This document shows, in pieces, positions 11,563 through 24,629 of a DNA stretch of 60,000 bases. Numbering within the stretch: position 1 is the stretch's first letter; each line of letters starts with the position of its first letter. The DNA comes from Mobula hypostoma (Eukaryota). A model generated the notes under the pieces. The model did no database searches. It was given only the letters and a program-made list of their open reading frames with translations, and had not been told where the DNA came from. The stretch lies in contig NC_086097.1 in NCBI RefSeq assembly GCF_963921235.1, positions 163,248,001 through 163,308,000 on the forward strand, given 5' to 3'. Position numbers and translations under genes: made by a program.

Positions 11563-12381
11563 TGTCATGTACCCCGTGACGGGTTAAAGATCCAGCAGAA
11601 ATGGAAAACACTTTGAAGTCCAGTATTGCTATTAACTAATGGTATTCATTAGTAACTATGCAATACAGTAATATAAATGCAGATATATCAAACAGGTTAG
11701 CAATGATTATATATAAGTAAGTGTGGAAATATATGAAAACCAAGCTTCTTCAAGTCTAGGGGTAAATCGATAGTCTTACGATGATGAGTAAGTTTCAGTT
11801 CAGTTCGTGGTATTGAATTGAGTAGTGATGGAGAGAGAGAGAGGGAGAGGTTTGAGTCTTCAGGTGAGCTGATCTCGTCGATCTTCCCGTTGTCCTCTGA
11901 AATCCTTTAGAAGTCATCGACTGTGACCACAACAAAGGGGACAGTTCTTCTGTGGTGGAATTATTAACCCAGGTGAGGGTTGGACACACAAATAACTTCC
12001 CACCGGTCACACCCTTTTCACACTGCAAGAGCCGCTGATCGATCCACCTGATTGATCCTTCAAAAACCCACCTTTTCTGTGGGCACAACAAAGCTCATTC
12101 AGTGTCCAAACCATGTGTCTGTAGCTCTAACAGCTGACCTTCTATTTATCTCACCGTGCTGAATACCAGCTGTCCATCAAGCAGCTCCTCCCTTCTCTCT
12201 CTGTAAGAACTTGGAAGCTGCCAGTGTCCTTGTAGAAAGTATAAACAAACTGTGAGCAGTCTTTGCCTCTCTCTCTCTTTCTTTCTCTCTCTTTTTAACA
12301 AGGAGTCTGTGTTGAACAACTCTCTCTGTCCTTTTCAAGGTATAGTCCACAAAAAAATATGACCCCTAGGGGTACATAACA
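11563..12381. mobile_element. Probable solo LTR
   Basis: TG...CA ends with a 13-bp terminal inverted repeat TGTCATGTACCCC / GGGGTACATAACA; TSD not clean. Confidence 0.6.
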
Positions 12382-14249
12382 ATATAAATTAGGGAATTGT
12401 TACAGTGTTTGATAGCATCTAATAAGAGTTGACAGTCTAACAACAAGACTGGATTTATTTCAATTGTGTATGGTTGGAACTATACCAGTGGGAATAACGG
12501 AAAAGGGAGAAGTTGAGCGATCAGGAATCAAATCTTGGATTTTCATAATTGGGGTTGTTGACCTGATGACCACAAGCCATTGAGAAAACCAGGAAATTTT
12601 TTGGTGAGTTTTTACTGTGTGCTGGAATTTATTAGATTTATTTATTGAGATACAGCACAGAATAGGCCCTTCTGGGTGAAAAAACCTCAAACAACATTTA
12701 ATCAATTTTTCCAATTTCCAGAAGCCATCCATAAATTGCCAGATTTATTTAACTCATTTTGCACTTTCCAAGTTGGGTTTTAAAATCATTCTCCAGGTTA
12801 TCATATCCACGATAGCTATCATAATTCTAGGAAATTTCCACTGATTATTAACAAAAAATAATTACCTTTTTATAGTTGAACAGTTGAAACTAGACAGCAC
12901 TGTCTCATACAAGTGCATTTAATGTCCTTTGACCACAATCCAATGACCCCATGTATAGCAGCTGAGAGAAGAACTAGAGCTGGTCATTCCTAAGGCATAA
13001 CACACATTCTCCACATTCACTCCTCAACATGTTCTAATTACTTTAGGATCTCTGGGATAAACATTCAAGTTTGAAATTATACCTTTGGGAAGGAACAGGA
13101 GAAAAGTAAGCTCAAAAAATGTATATTGTTATCCAGCATCCTTAATATGGAATAAAATTGGCAGTTTCCAAAATGATGCTTACTGTAGGAACTATGGTTT
13201 AAAACACAGTTCAAATTGCTGGTAAATTTTGCATCTATATTTTCAAAGCTCTCTGCATATCAAATAGGTAATTGTAGACAATTGATAACAATTAATTCCA
13301 ATCTTATGGAATGGCAAAGCTTAGGAAGAAATTAAAAACATATTTTTGGACTGAATTTCGATCCAATCTACTTATTTCACTTGTGAACAACAGTGCTTGT
13401 ACTCCTTCCCTCCACCTACTTATTTTGGCTTCTTCCCTGTTCCTTTCCAGTCCTGATGATGGATCTTGGCCTGAAATGTTGACTGTTTGTTTCCCTCCAT
13501 ACATGCTGCCAGATTTGCCAAGTTCCTCCAGTACTTTGTGTGTGCTGCTCAAGATTTCCAGCATTTTCAGAATCTCTCGTGTTTATAACAGAGTTTGCAT
13601 TTTGTTACAGCATTTTATGGGTGCTTTTTTTTTTGCATAGAAAAGACAAGAATATATGTAGTAACCTTTAAAGCGCTTGATTGTTCATTTGGTAAATAGT
13701 GTACAAATCTGACACATGAAGACCAGAAGATAATATGTCTAGATGACTTAGCTGATATCATCTTTTTTATTTAACTTATATATTCATGCTGGATGGTGGG
13801 GTGGAGATATGTCGCTACCAAAGGAGGTGTAAGACACTCCTTCCCTCCATTACCCTGCAGGTCACCCTTGGGCAAGGTGTTGCATCTGCTTAGTCCCCCG
13901 ATCAGGGTCATGTGAAACCATGGGAGCAGGTGGTGGATGGCCGTATGAGTAGCTGTTGCATATCACAAGTGACCACGGACACCAAGCAGAAAATCTCTGA
14001 AGAGCATTGATTGCAATGGTTGGTGTCACCTGTCTTGTAAGACACTGCCCAGAAGAAGGCAATGCAAACCATAGAAAAATTTGTCAAGAACAATCATGGT
14101 CATAAAGACCATGATTGCCCATATCATACCATACAGCACATAATGATGATCTCTTCTGGACATCAACAGTAACAGTAGTATTTCAAGATGATGTGTTTAT
14201 GTTTGCATAGAAATTACAAGAAATATATTAAGACTAGTATTTCTTGCTC

Positions 14250-15500
14250 ACTTTAATTACCCTTAAAAGATAATAAACTGCCTTCTTGAACGACTGTAAT
14301 CATTCTGTTGAAGGTACTCAAACAATGCCATTTGGTAGGGAATTCAAGGAATTAAAGTGAAAGTCAAGGAACAAATTGCGATATATTTCCCTGTCAAAAT
14401 CTCTGTGACTTGGAGGAGGTGATGGTGTTCTTGGGTGCAGTTCATGAGGTTATGAGGTGGTGTCAGATAGACTGGGCAAGAAACAGAAGTGTACTTTGAA
14501 AGTGGTATATCCTCTTGCCACTGGGTGTCAGAAGTAGAGTAAATAAATAATTCAAGTTGTTTGTAAGGCACTAATCAAGCTGCTGTGTTCTGCTTGGTGT
14601 CAAATTTGAGCATTGCTGGGCTCTTCCACATAAGGGAAGAGTATTTCAGCATACTTTTGACTTGCGCCTTGTAAATACTGGAAAGACTTCAGAGTGTCAG
14701 GAGGTGAGTTTAAGTTACATAATGCAGGATAACTGGCCCTTAACCTACTTTTGTTGACATGGTGTTTATATGAGTGCTTCACTTAAGGATCTGGTCAATG
14801 TTGATAATGGAGGACTTGGCAATAGTAAAGCCATTGATGATCAAGGAAAGCTATTTGTAGTTGGTCTATATTGGACATTTTTCAAATGTGACTGTTGTCT
14901 AAATCTAGATCCCGGCAGCTTCAGTTCCTGAATAAGAATGAAAATTAATGTTTTGCAATCATTAGTGAACTTCTGAGTTTATGATGGAAGGAAAGATGAA
15001 ATGAAACAGATGAAGATATTGGGCCTAAAACATATTACTACAGTGATGTTCTGAGGATGGGAAGATTGACCTCCAACAGTATCACCATCTTTCATTGCTC
15101 AAGGTATGACACCGACCATTAGGAATGTTTTGCCCCACATGGTCATTGGCCTTAGTTTTACCAAGTACCACGGAGTTGGACTTGGCCAAGTGCTGCCTTG
15201 ATGCCAAAGAAAATCATAGTTAGCTCACCTCTGAATGGACTTCCTTGGTCCATTTTTGGATTAATGAGATCTGTAGCATGGTCCTGGGGAAACCTGAACT
15301 GTTTATCAATGAGCGGACCATTGATGAGCAAATGCCACTTGGTATTACTGCTAATGTCACCCTCAACCATTTTGCAGATGATCGGGAGGAGACCTATTAG
15401 GTTGCAATTTGATTGAATTTCTCCTGCAGTTTGTGAATGGAACATATCTGGGCAATTTTTGACATTGTAGGTAGATACCAGTGTGATAACAATACAAGGA
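14250..15500 (-). mobile_element. Old degenerate CR1-group LINE (RT)
   Basis: ORF 15158-15445 has decayed RT motifs (IGLLPIICKMVE, QFRF, FGIKAALGQV resembling DIKAAFDxV). Confidence 0.55.
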
Positions 15501-15720
15501 CACTGCCAATAGCTGTCTACTTTCTATTTACTTTTGATCTCCCAAAGTGAAACACCTTGTCCCTGTCTGCCACCCCTCTGCCCAAATCTACAGCTGATTT
15601 ACATCCCACTGTATTCTTTGGCAACCTTCTATACTATCTATGGCATCGCCAAACTTTGTGTCATCTGAATCCCTTTATCAGGAACAGAAAACAGAGAAAC
15701 TTAATTAATTACATTATATG

Positions 15721-18050
15721 AATTGAATTGAATTGGAATTGAATTGAATTGACTACTTCTTACATCTTTCACATTGATGAGGAGTGAAAATCTTTATGTT
15801 ATGTCTCTGTCTAAATGTGCAATCATTGTAGTTTACGGGACAACCCGGTGACCCAGTGGGACACCCTTTGAGAGAAAGGTAGTGCAGTCTGATGTGATGT
15901 GCTTTGGAAATTAAAGAAGAAAAACTCAGTTTATTAAAGAAGAAAGACATGTAGCATATATAGCTCCTCCTCGTTTAACAAAAAACACTTGATGACAACA
16001 TTTCTGGTTGATCTGCCACCCTTCAAGCAGTCGCACACATATTCATATACTTTTCTTTGCTCATTATTCAATAGGGTACTCTTTGCCGCATATTCTCGAG
16101 TTGATCTTTCCTTTTCTCCTCTGTCTCTTCCTCCCTCCTCCTTCTCTGCCTGTTTTTGTCATTCTGGAGATGCGCAGCCCTTTCATCCTTCGTCTCTTCA
16201 TCTCTTCTACCATTTGTTCTTTCTCTCTGATCCTGGAGTCGTGCGGCCCTGGCCTCATCGATTTTTGTTCCCTCCCTCTCCTTGTCGTTTCCCAACAACG
16301 TTTGGCGTCATCTCTTGACCATAATGTCCCCCTTCTCTTTCCACGCGGCATAATTAAGCTGTCCATTTTTTTTTACCCTAATGCTTGATAGAAGATATGA
16401 AGCGGTAACAACAAAGCCTCCAGGATGCTGATTTTTGTTGATGATGTGGTTGGCGCTGTCCTAAATGGATGTGATAGCCCTGCCCTTTTTGCTGCGGTTG
16501 GTGTCGCTGCTGTGAGCATCGTGAGGCGCTGCTGAGGCTGGCCGTGCGCATGCGCCATGGTGTTGTGTCGCGGTTTCCATTAAAGCTGGAATCGGCTCGG
16601 GTTGTGGAAAGTGGGGCCTGTTGATTGACAAGTGAGCAATTTTGTACGTATATATAACCCTGAACTTTGCATGCATTCTGTAAGTTAGCACATTTTAAGT
16701 CGATTTAGTCAAAAAAAAGTGCCGCTGTAATGCACCGTTTGAGCTAATTGGAGGTCACAAACAGACAAACAGAGCATGAGAATTTTATTATTATATAGAT
16801 AATAATTTATAATAAATAGAACAGTCAATGTGACATAGAAATACACTCAAATCAGCGTGAGTTCATCAGTCTGATGGCCTGGTGGAAGAAGTTGGTCCTG
16901 GCTTTTATGCTGTGGTACCATTTCCTGGATGGTAGCAGCTGGACTAGATTGTGACTGGGGTTTCTCGGGTCCCCAATGATCCTATGGGCCCTTTTTACAC
17001 ACCTGTCCTTGTAAATGTCCTGAATCATGGGAGATTCACAGCTACAGATGTGCTGAGCCGTCCGCACCACTCTCTGTGGAGTCCTGTGATTAAGGGAGGT
17101 ACAGTTCCCATACCAGGCAGTGATGCAGCCAGTCAGGATGCTCTCAAGTGTGCCCCTGTAGAAAGTTCTTAGGATTTGGGGGCCTATACCAAACTTCCTC
17201 AACAGCCTGAGGTGAAAGAAGCGCTGTTGTGCTTTTTCACCACATAGCTGGTTTGTACAGACCAGGTAAGGTCCTTGGTGATGTGGATGCCAAGGAATTT
17301 AAAGCTGTTTACGTTCTCAACCCCAGATCCATTGATGTCAAAAGGGGTTAGCCCGTCTCCATTCCTCCAGTAATCCACAACTGGCTCCTTTGTTTATGCA
17401 ACATTGAGGGAGAGGTTGTTTTCTTGACACCACTGTGTCAGAGAGATGACTTCTTCCCTGTAGGCCACCTTGTTATTGTTTGAGATTAAGCCGATCAATG
17501 TAGTGTCATCGGCAAATTTAATTAGCAGATTAGTGCTGTGGGTGGCAACACAGTCATGGATATACAGGGAGTAAAGGAGGGGACTTAGTACACAGCCCTG
17601 AGGGGCTCCTGTGTTGAGAGTCAGTGGGGCAGAGGTGAGGGAGCCCACTCTTACCACCTGCTGACGATCTGACAGGAAGCCCAGGATACAGCTACACAAA
17701 GAAGGGTCAAGGCCGAGGTGACTGAGCTTCCTCTTGAGCCTGGATGGAATTATGGTGTTGAATGCTGAACTGTAGTCCAAGAGCAGCATTCTCACATAAG
17801 CATCCTTCTTTTCCAGATGTGTAAGGACGGTATATACAGCAGTGGCAATTGTGTCGTCTGTCATTCGGTTGTGTCGGTAAGCGAATTGTAGGGGGTCCAG
17901 TTTGGGTGGTAGCAAACTGCAGATGTAATCCTTGACCAGCCTCTCAAAGCTTAATATTGAGGTGAGTGCAACAGGATGCCTGTCGTTCAGCATGTTACCT
18001 TGGTCTTTTTTGGTACAGGGACAATAGTGGATAATTTGAAGCAGGAGTGG
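15721..18050 (-). mobile_element. Rex1/Babar-like LINE (RT and 3' end), split by a Helitron
   Basis: ORFs 17394-17993 (DPLQFAYR, LDYSSAFNTI, GAPQGCVLSPLLYSLY, KFADDT) and 16852-17202 (ESILTGCITAWYG); (CAATT)n tail at 15721-15752. Confidence 0.9.
15836..16799 (-). mobile_element. Non-autonomous Helitron with STPR-like repeat remnant
   Basis: Minus-strand 5' end A|TCTATATAATAATAAAA...TGTTTGTCTGTTTGT; GC-rich 3' end finishing CCCG|T (canonical CTRR degenerate); A|T insertion without TSD; 23-aa E/R-rich repeats in ORF 16068-16298. Confidence 0.75.
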
Positions 18051-18576
18051 ATGGGGAAGGATGGATCAGACCAAATGAATCAATCTCTGGCCAGGGTGAA
18101 GCAATCTCTGCTCAGGTGATGCCACTGTTCAGAAGATGTCTGGTTGATAAATTACTGAGTGATTGAGATACAGGAAAAAAAAGAGAGCAAAACAAGGAAG
18201 AAGACACTTTAAATCTGTGCAATGCTAGTCAGAAATGGTTGGTTCTGCTGTTTGGCTATCTATCTACAAAATTAACTCTGTCTTTCTCTCTCCATGAGCA
18301 CTGACTGTTCTGTAGGCAGACCCAACATTTTGCTTTTGATTTCACGTCTCAAAAACAGCCCTGATTTGCATTTCAGAGATTTATCATGTCTTTTTGTTTA
18401 AATGTTGTCATTGATCTATCAGCCTGTTATCAAACAGTAGGATCACCTCTGTAACCTTGTTATCGGCATGTCTGCCCCTTCCATTCACTCACCCACCTCG
18501 ATTTGGAACTTAAATTCTCATCTTGGATTAAGGGTCTCAACCTGAGGACCATTTTTTTTTGCTTCTCTTTCCACAG

Positions 18577-20162
18577 ATCAGAATCAGAATCAGGTTTATT
18601 ATCACCGGAATATGTTGTGAAATTTGTTAACTTAGCAGCAGCATTTCAAAGCAATACATAATATAGAAGAAGAAAGAAAGAGAAAAAATAATAAAAATAA
18701 ATAAGTAAATCAAATACAGTATACATATATTGAATAGATTGAAAATTGTGCAAAAACAGAAATAATAAATATTAAAGTGAGGTAGCATTCACGGGTTCAA
18801 TGTCCATTCAGGAATCAGATGGCAGAGGAGAAGAAGCTGTTCCTGAATCACTGAGTGTGTGCCTTCAGGCTTCTGTACCTCCTACCTGATGGTAACAGTG
18901 AGAAAAGTGCATGCCCTGGGTGCTGGGGGTCCTTAATAATGGATGCTGCCTTTCTGAGACACCACTCCCTAAAGATGTCCCGGGTACTTTGTAGGCTCAT
19001 ACCCAAGATGGAGCTGACTAGATTTACAACCCTCTGCAGCTACTTTCGGTCCTGTGCGGTAGCCCCCACCCCCACCCCATACCAGACAGTGATGCAGCCT
19101 GTCAGAATGCATTCCATGATACATCTATAGAAGTTTTTGAGTGCACTTGTTGACATACCAAATCTCTTCAAACTCCTAATGAAGTATAGTCACTGTCTTG
19201 CCTTCTTTATAACTGCATCAATATGTTGGGACCAGGTTAGGTCCTCAGAGATCTTGACACCCAGGAACTTGAAACTGCTCACTCTCTCCATTTTTAATCC
19301 CTCTATGAGGATTGGTATGTGTTCCTTCATCTTACCCTTCCTGAAGTCCACAATCAGCTCTTTCATCTTACTGACGTTGAGTGCAAGGTTGTTGCTGTGA
19401 CAGCACTCCACTAATTGACATATCTCATTCCTGTACACCCTCTCGTCACCATCTGAGATTCTACCAACAATGGTTGAATCATCAGCAAATTTATAGATGG
19501 TATTTAAGCTATGCCTAGCCACACAGTCATGGGTATAGAGAGAGTAGAGCAGTGCGCTAAGCACACACCGGAGGTGCACCAGTGTTGATCATCAGCCGAA
19601 GAGAAGATATTATCACCAATCTGCACAGATTGTGATCTTGCAGTTAGGAAGTTGAGGATCCAATTGCAGAGTGAGGTACAGAGGTCAAGGTTCTGTAATT
19701 TCTCAATCAGGAATGTGGGAATGATGGTGTTAAAAGGTGAGCTATAGACGAAGAACAGCATCCTGACATAGGTAACACACACAAAAAGTACTGGTGAACG
19801 CAGCAGGCCAGGCAGCATCTATAGGAAGAGGTACAGTCGACATTTTGGGCATGTTGCTTGAAATTCCAGCATCTGCAGACTTGCTTGTGTTTGCGTTCCT
19901 GACAAAGGTGTTTGTATTGTCTAGGTGGTCTAAAGCCGTGTGAAGAGCCATTGAGATTGCATCTGCCATTGACCTATTGTGGCAATAGGCAAATTGCAAT
20001 GGGTCCAGGTCCTTGCTGAGGCAGGAGTTCAGTCTAGTCATGACCAACCTCTCAAAGCATTTCATCACTGTAGATATGAGTGCTACTGGGCGATAGTCAT
20101 TAAGGCAGCTCACATTATTCTTCTCAGGCACTGGTATAATTGTTGCCTTTTTGAAGCAAGCG
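18577..20162 (-). mobile_element. Rex1/Babar-like LINE fragment
   Basis: RT motifs [23 protein letters not shown]; (CTGATT)n tail. Confidence 0.9.
19774..19896. mobile_element. Short 5'-inverted Penelope terminal insertion in Rex1
   Basis: 13-bp TSD TCCTGACA(T/A)AGGT at 19761-19773 and 19897-19909; two Penelope pieces in opposite orientation. Confidence 0.75.
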
Positions 20163-20339
20163 TGACCTGCAACATTTTCTGCTTTATCTCAGATTTCCAC
20201 TGTTCACAGTTAGAAAAAAATTCCAACACATGCTCTCTGGTCTTAATCAACCTTGGTTCAGCAATTGTATTCTCAACCTTGAGTGAGAAGGATTTGGGTT
20301 CAAGTAACACTCCAACGAATTACACATGTAACCTTAGCC

Positions 20340-20530
20340 TTTGGTGCAAAGTTGCACTTGAGATGATGCTCTTCATTGGAGGTGTTAAATTGAGCACTTG
20401 ACTCCACAGTGTATCTGCTGTTTGTGGGTTGTTGCTGCATGCAAATTGCCTGTATCGTTTTCAGCAACAATTCAAAATAATTTGTTAGTTGTGAAGAGTT
20501 GAGGGCCACTCTTTGGTGATTAAAAAGGTC
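20340..20530 (+). mobile_element. Ancient Deu-SINE (AmnSINE1/SacSINE1-like) relic
   Basis: TGCTGTTTGTGGG..TTGCTG..TGCAAATTG and GTTAAATTGAG segments resemble the Deu-domain consensus as recalled. Confidence 0.5.
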
Positions 20531-21016
20531 TAATTTCAAAATGAAAACTGAACGCATCATCACTAAACTGAAAGCCACACATTAGGCCTGCACATTAAGC
20601 TTGCAGCCACTGCAGTCGTGTTATTCTGTGCTTGCATCATTAATTACTGTATCATGCATGCTGCCCTGCAATGAAGCAAATTGGATTAATGGATTTTTGA
20701 TGACTGGCCATGACCTGTGAGCTAGAATATCTGCAATTTGACTAATTACTTTTCTTCAGACAATATGTTCATTGGTATCTTTTTTAAAAAAAGCTCTCCT
20801 CACATCTCTCCATTAACTGAACATGTTTATCACTGAACTGCTATAAGTATGTATGCAAAAAAAAATTGCCTCCAGATTCATTCCTAATCAGAGGCACACA
20901 GTTAATTGCAGTAGGTTGTACTCTTTTTTTCCTCATTCACTACTTCTAACATCCTGTGGAACTGAACTTCGGAGTACAATTCGCTGTTGCCTCTGTACAA
21001 AGCATTTGCTAGGCTG

Positions 21017-21229
21017 TAAACACAAAATAATCTGCAAATGCTGGGGTCAAAGCAACACTCACAACACGCTGGAGGAACTCAGTGGGTCGGGCAGCATCAG
21101 TGGAAAAGATCGGTCGATGTTTCGGGCCAGAACCCTTCGTCTTCGAAGGGTTCCAGCCTGAAACGTCAACCGATCTTTTCCACTGATGCTGCCCGACCTG
21201 CTGAGTTCCTCCAGCGTGTTGTGAGTGAG
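21017..21229. mobile_element. Penelope-derived near-perfect hairpin insertion
   Basis: Arms 21056-21139 and 21144-21227, loop TCTT; 13-bp TSD ATTTGCTAGGCTG. Confidence 0.85.
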
Positions 21230-21469
21230 ATTTGCTAGGCTGAATTGTTTTGGCATCTTTCACAAACTTAGAATTCTCCAAAGTACTAGCCCATTACATA
21301 CAGTCGGTGAATCGTCATGGAGTCAGAAAGCATGGAAACAGGCCCTCCGGCCCACCTGGCCTCTGCTGACCAAGATGCACCATCCAAGCTAGTCTCATTT
21401 GCCAGTGCTTGGCCAATAACCTTCTAATCTTTTTATTTACCTGTCTAATTGTTCAATAGTCATTCTTGT

Positions 21470-21660
21470 ATTGTGGGAAGCACAGCAGTCACTTTACACT
21501 CAGCCAAGCTCCTATAGGCAGCAATGAAATGATGACCTGATAGGTTTTTAGTTACGCTGTTTGTCATCATCCAATCACCCGGAGAAGTCCAATGTCCTTT
21601 GGTAGTATTCCATATGACATTTCAAGTTCACTCAGGCCTTTGTTTAAAATCTCTCTTAAA
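21470..21660 (-). mobile_element. Ancient Deu-SINE relic
   Basis: CAGCAATGAAATGATGACC...GTTTAA resembles the reverse complement of the Deu domain. Confidence 0.45.
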
Positions 21661-21676
21661 ATAGGCTAGGGTAGGA

Positions 21677-22285
21677 CTTCTACAGTTTAAAACAGTACAT
21701 AGACTCCATTATTCCAAAGAAAAGTTGCACGTTGTCTATCCTGATATTTCACCAGTTTGTAATAGATGTAAATCTGTGAACAGTAACTTGTCACATTCAT
21801 TCTGGTCATATTATAAGCTTTATGCATACTGGAAAAGTATTTTTCACTGTTTCTCTGAGGCTTTTGGGAAGCGGTGGGAACCAGACCCACTCATAGCCAT
21901 CCTTGGAGCAAGTATGAAAAAATGGCTATTATTTGGAATGGTGATTGCTAAGAAGTTAATCCTGCAAATGTGGAAAATGGACTCTGTGCCTACGTACGAT
22001 CTGTGGCTAAGAGAACTGGCAAATACTTTATATTTGGGGAGACTGAGACTATATAATGAGGACAGAGGGGACATCTTTGAAAGGATATGGGGTCCTGTAT
22101 TGGACTTTCTCACGGGGTGAGGACTGAGGTTTTTTGGTGCAGTGCACCTTTGCTGTGTATGTTTACTTTTGCCTTTATATTTTTCTCCCTTTTGCTACTC
22201 AATATTTAACTTGATTTTGTTATGGTTGTGGTTTCTGTGGATGTGCAGTATTTTTTTGTAAACAGGTTACACCTGAAAAAAAAAA
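21677..22285 (+). mobile_element. L1-clade LINE 3' end (zf-RVT)
   Basis: YPDISPVCNRCK...HSFWS motif in ORF 21725-22120; poly(A); TSD core AAAATAGGCTA on both sides. Confidence 0.82.
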
Positions 22286-22389
22286 TAGGCTACGGTGGAA
22301 ACTTATTTTTGGTTGCTTGCATTAGCCGCACATTCAATTCACAGGAACCAAATTTTATTAGCGGTATATAGCACAACATTCAACTACTA

Positions 22390-24629
22390 GCTCCACTCAT
22401 TTACCATAGCTTTGTAGAGGGATAGAAACAGACAAGTTAGGAAAGTGTTTAATTGGAGTAAGGGGAAATATGAGGCTATCAGGCAGGAACTTGGAAGCAA
22501 AAATTGGGAACAGATGTACTCAGGGAAATGTACGGAAGAAATGTGGCAAATGTTCAGGGGATATTTGCGTGGGGTTCTGCACAGGTACGTTCCAATGAGA
22601 CAGGGAAAGGATGGTAGGGTACAGGAACCGTGGTGTACAAAGGCTGTTGTAAATCTAATCAAGAAGAAAAGAAGAACTTACGAAAGGTTCAAAAAACTAG
22701 ATAATGATAGAGATCTAGAAGATTATAAGGCTAGCAGGAAGAAGCTTAAGAATGAAATTAGGAGAGCCAGAAGGGGCCATGAGAAGGCTTTGGTGGACAG
22801 GATTCAGGAAAACCCCAAGGCATTCTATAAGTATGTGAAGAGCAAGAGGATAAGACGTGAGGGAATAGGACCAATGAAGTGTGACAGTGGAAGAGTGTGT
22901 ATGGAACTGGAGGAGATGGCAGAGGTACTTAATGAACACTCTGCTTCAGTATTCACTACGGAAGAGGATCTTGGCTATTATAGGGATGACTTACAGTGGA
23001 CTGAAAAGCTAGAGCATGTAGATATTAAGGAAGAGGATGTGCTGGAGCTATTGGAAAGCATCAAGTTGGATAAGTCACCGGGACCAGACGAGATGTACCC
23101 CAGACTACTGTGGGAGGTGAGGGAGGAGATTGCTGAGACTCTGGTGATGATCTTTGCATCATCAATGGGGACGGGAGAGGTTCCAGAAGATTGGAGGGTT
23201 GCGGATGTTGTTCCCTTATTCAAGAAAGGGAGTAGAGATAGCCCAGGAAATTATAGACCAGTAAGTCTTACTTCAGTGGTTGGTAAGTTGATGGAGAAGA
23301 TCCTGAGAGGCAGGACTTATGAACATTTGGAGAGGCATAATATGATTAGGAATAGTCAGCATGGCTTTGTCAAAGGCAGGTTGTGCCTTATGAGCCTGAT
23401 TGAATTTTTTAAGGATGTGACTAAACACATTGATGAAGGTGGAGTAGTAGATGTAGTGTTTATGGATTTCAGCAAGGCATTTGACAAGGTACCCCATGCA
23501 AGGCTCATTGAGAAAGTAAGGAAGCATGGGATTCAAGGGGACATTGCTTTTTGGATCCAGATGGTTTGCCCACAGAAGGCAAAGAGTGGTTGTAGACAGG
23601 TCATATTCTGCATGGAGGTCGGTGACCAGTGATGTGCTTCAGGGATCTGTTCTGGGACCCCTACTCTTCGTGATTTTTATAAGTGATCTGGATGTGGAAG
23701 TGGAGGGATGGGTTAGTAACTTTGCTGATGACACAAAGGTTGGGGGTGTTGTGGATAGTGTGGAGGGCTGTCAGAGGTTCCAGCAGGACATTGATAGGAT
23801 GCAAAACTAGGCTGAGAAGTGGCAGATGGAGTTCAACCCCGTTAAGTGGGAGGTGGTTCATTTTGGTAGGTCAAATATGATGGCAGAATATAGTACTAAT
23901 GGTAAGACTCTTGGCAGTGTGGAGGATCAGAGGGACGTTGGGATCTGAGTCATAAGGACACTCAAAGCTGCTGTGCAGGTTGACTCTGCGGTTAAGAAGC
24001 TATGTGGTGCATTAGCCTTCATCAACCGTGGGACTGAGTTCAAGAGCCAAGAGGTAATGTTACAGCTGTGTTGGACCTTGGTCAGACCCCGCTTGGAGTA
24101 CTGTGTTCATTTCTGGTCACCTCACTACAGGAAGGATGTGGAAACTATAGAAGGAATGCAGAGGAGATTTACAAGGATGTTGCCTGGATTGGAGAGTGTG
24201 CCTTATGAGAACAGGTTGAGTGAACTTGGCCTTTTCTCCTTGGAGCGACGGAGGATGAGGCCTGACCTATTAGAGGTGTATAAGATGATGGGGGGCGTTG
24301 ATCGTGTGGATGGACAGAGGCTTTTTCCCAGGGCTGAAATGGCTGGCATGAGAGGGCTTAGTTTTCAGGTGCTTGGAATTAGATGCAGAGGAGAGGTAAG
24401 TTTTTTACGCAGAGAGTGCTGAGTGCGTGGAATGGGCTGCTGGTGACAGTGGTGGAGGCGGATACGACAGGGTGGTTTAAGAGACTCCTGGATAGGTACA
24501 TGGAGTTTAGAAAAATAGAGGGCTATGGGTAACCTTAGGTAATTTCTAAGGTAAGGACATGTTCGGCACAACTTTGTGGGCCGAAGGGCCTGTATTGTGC
24601 TGTAGGTTTTCTATGTTTCTATGTTTCTA
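22390..24629 (+). mobile_element. 5'-truncated CR1 LINE (RT, frameshifted)
   Basis: 395-aa ORF with KSPGPD, NYRPVSLTS, QHGF, DFSKAFDKV; then QGSVLGP and FADDTK; (TTTCTATG)n tail. Confidence 0.95.

Noticed and set aside
22445..23632. 395-aa ORF as a host gene or active LINE
   Set aside because: It is CR1 ORF2, 5'-truncated and frameshifted before the catalytic motif.
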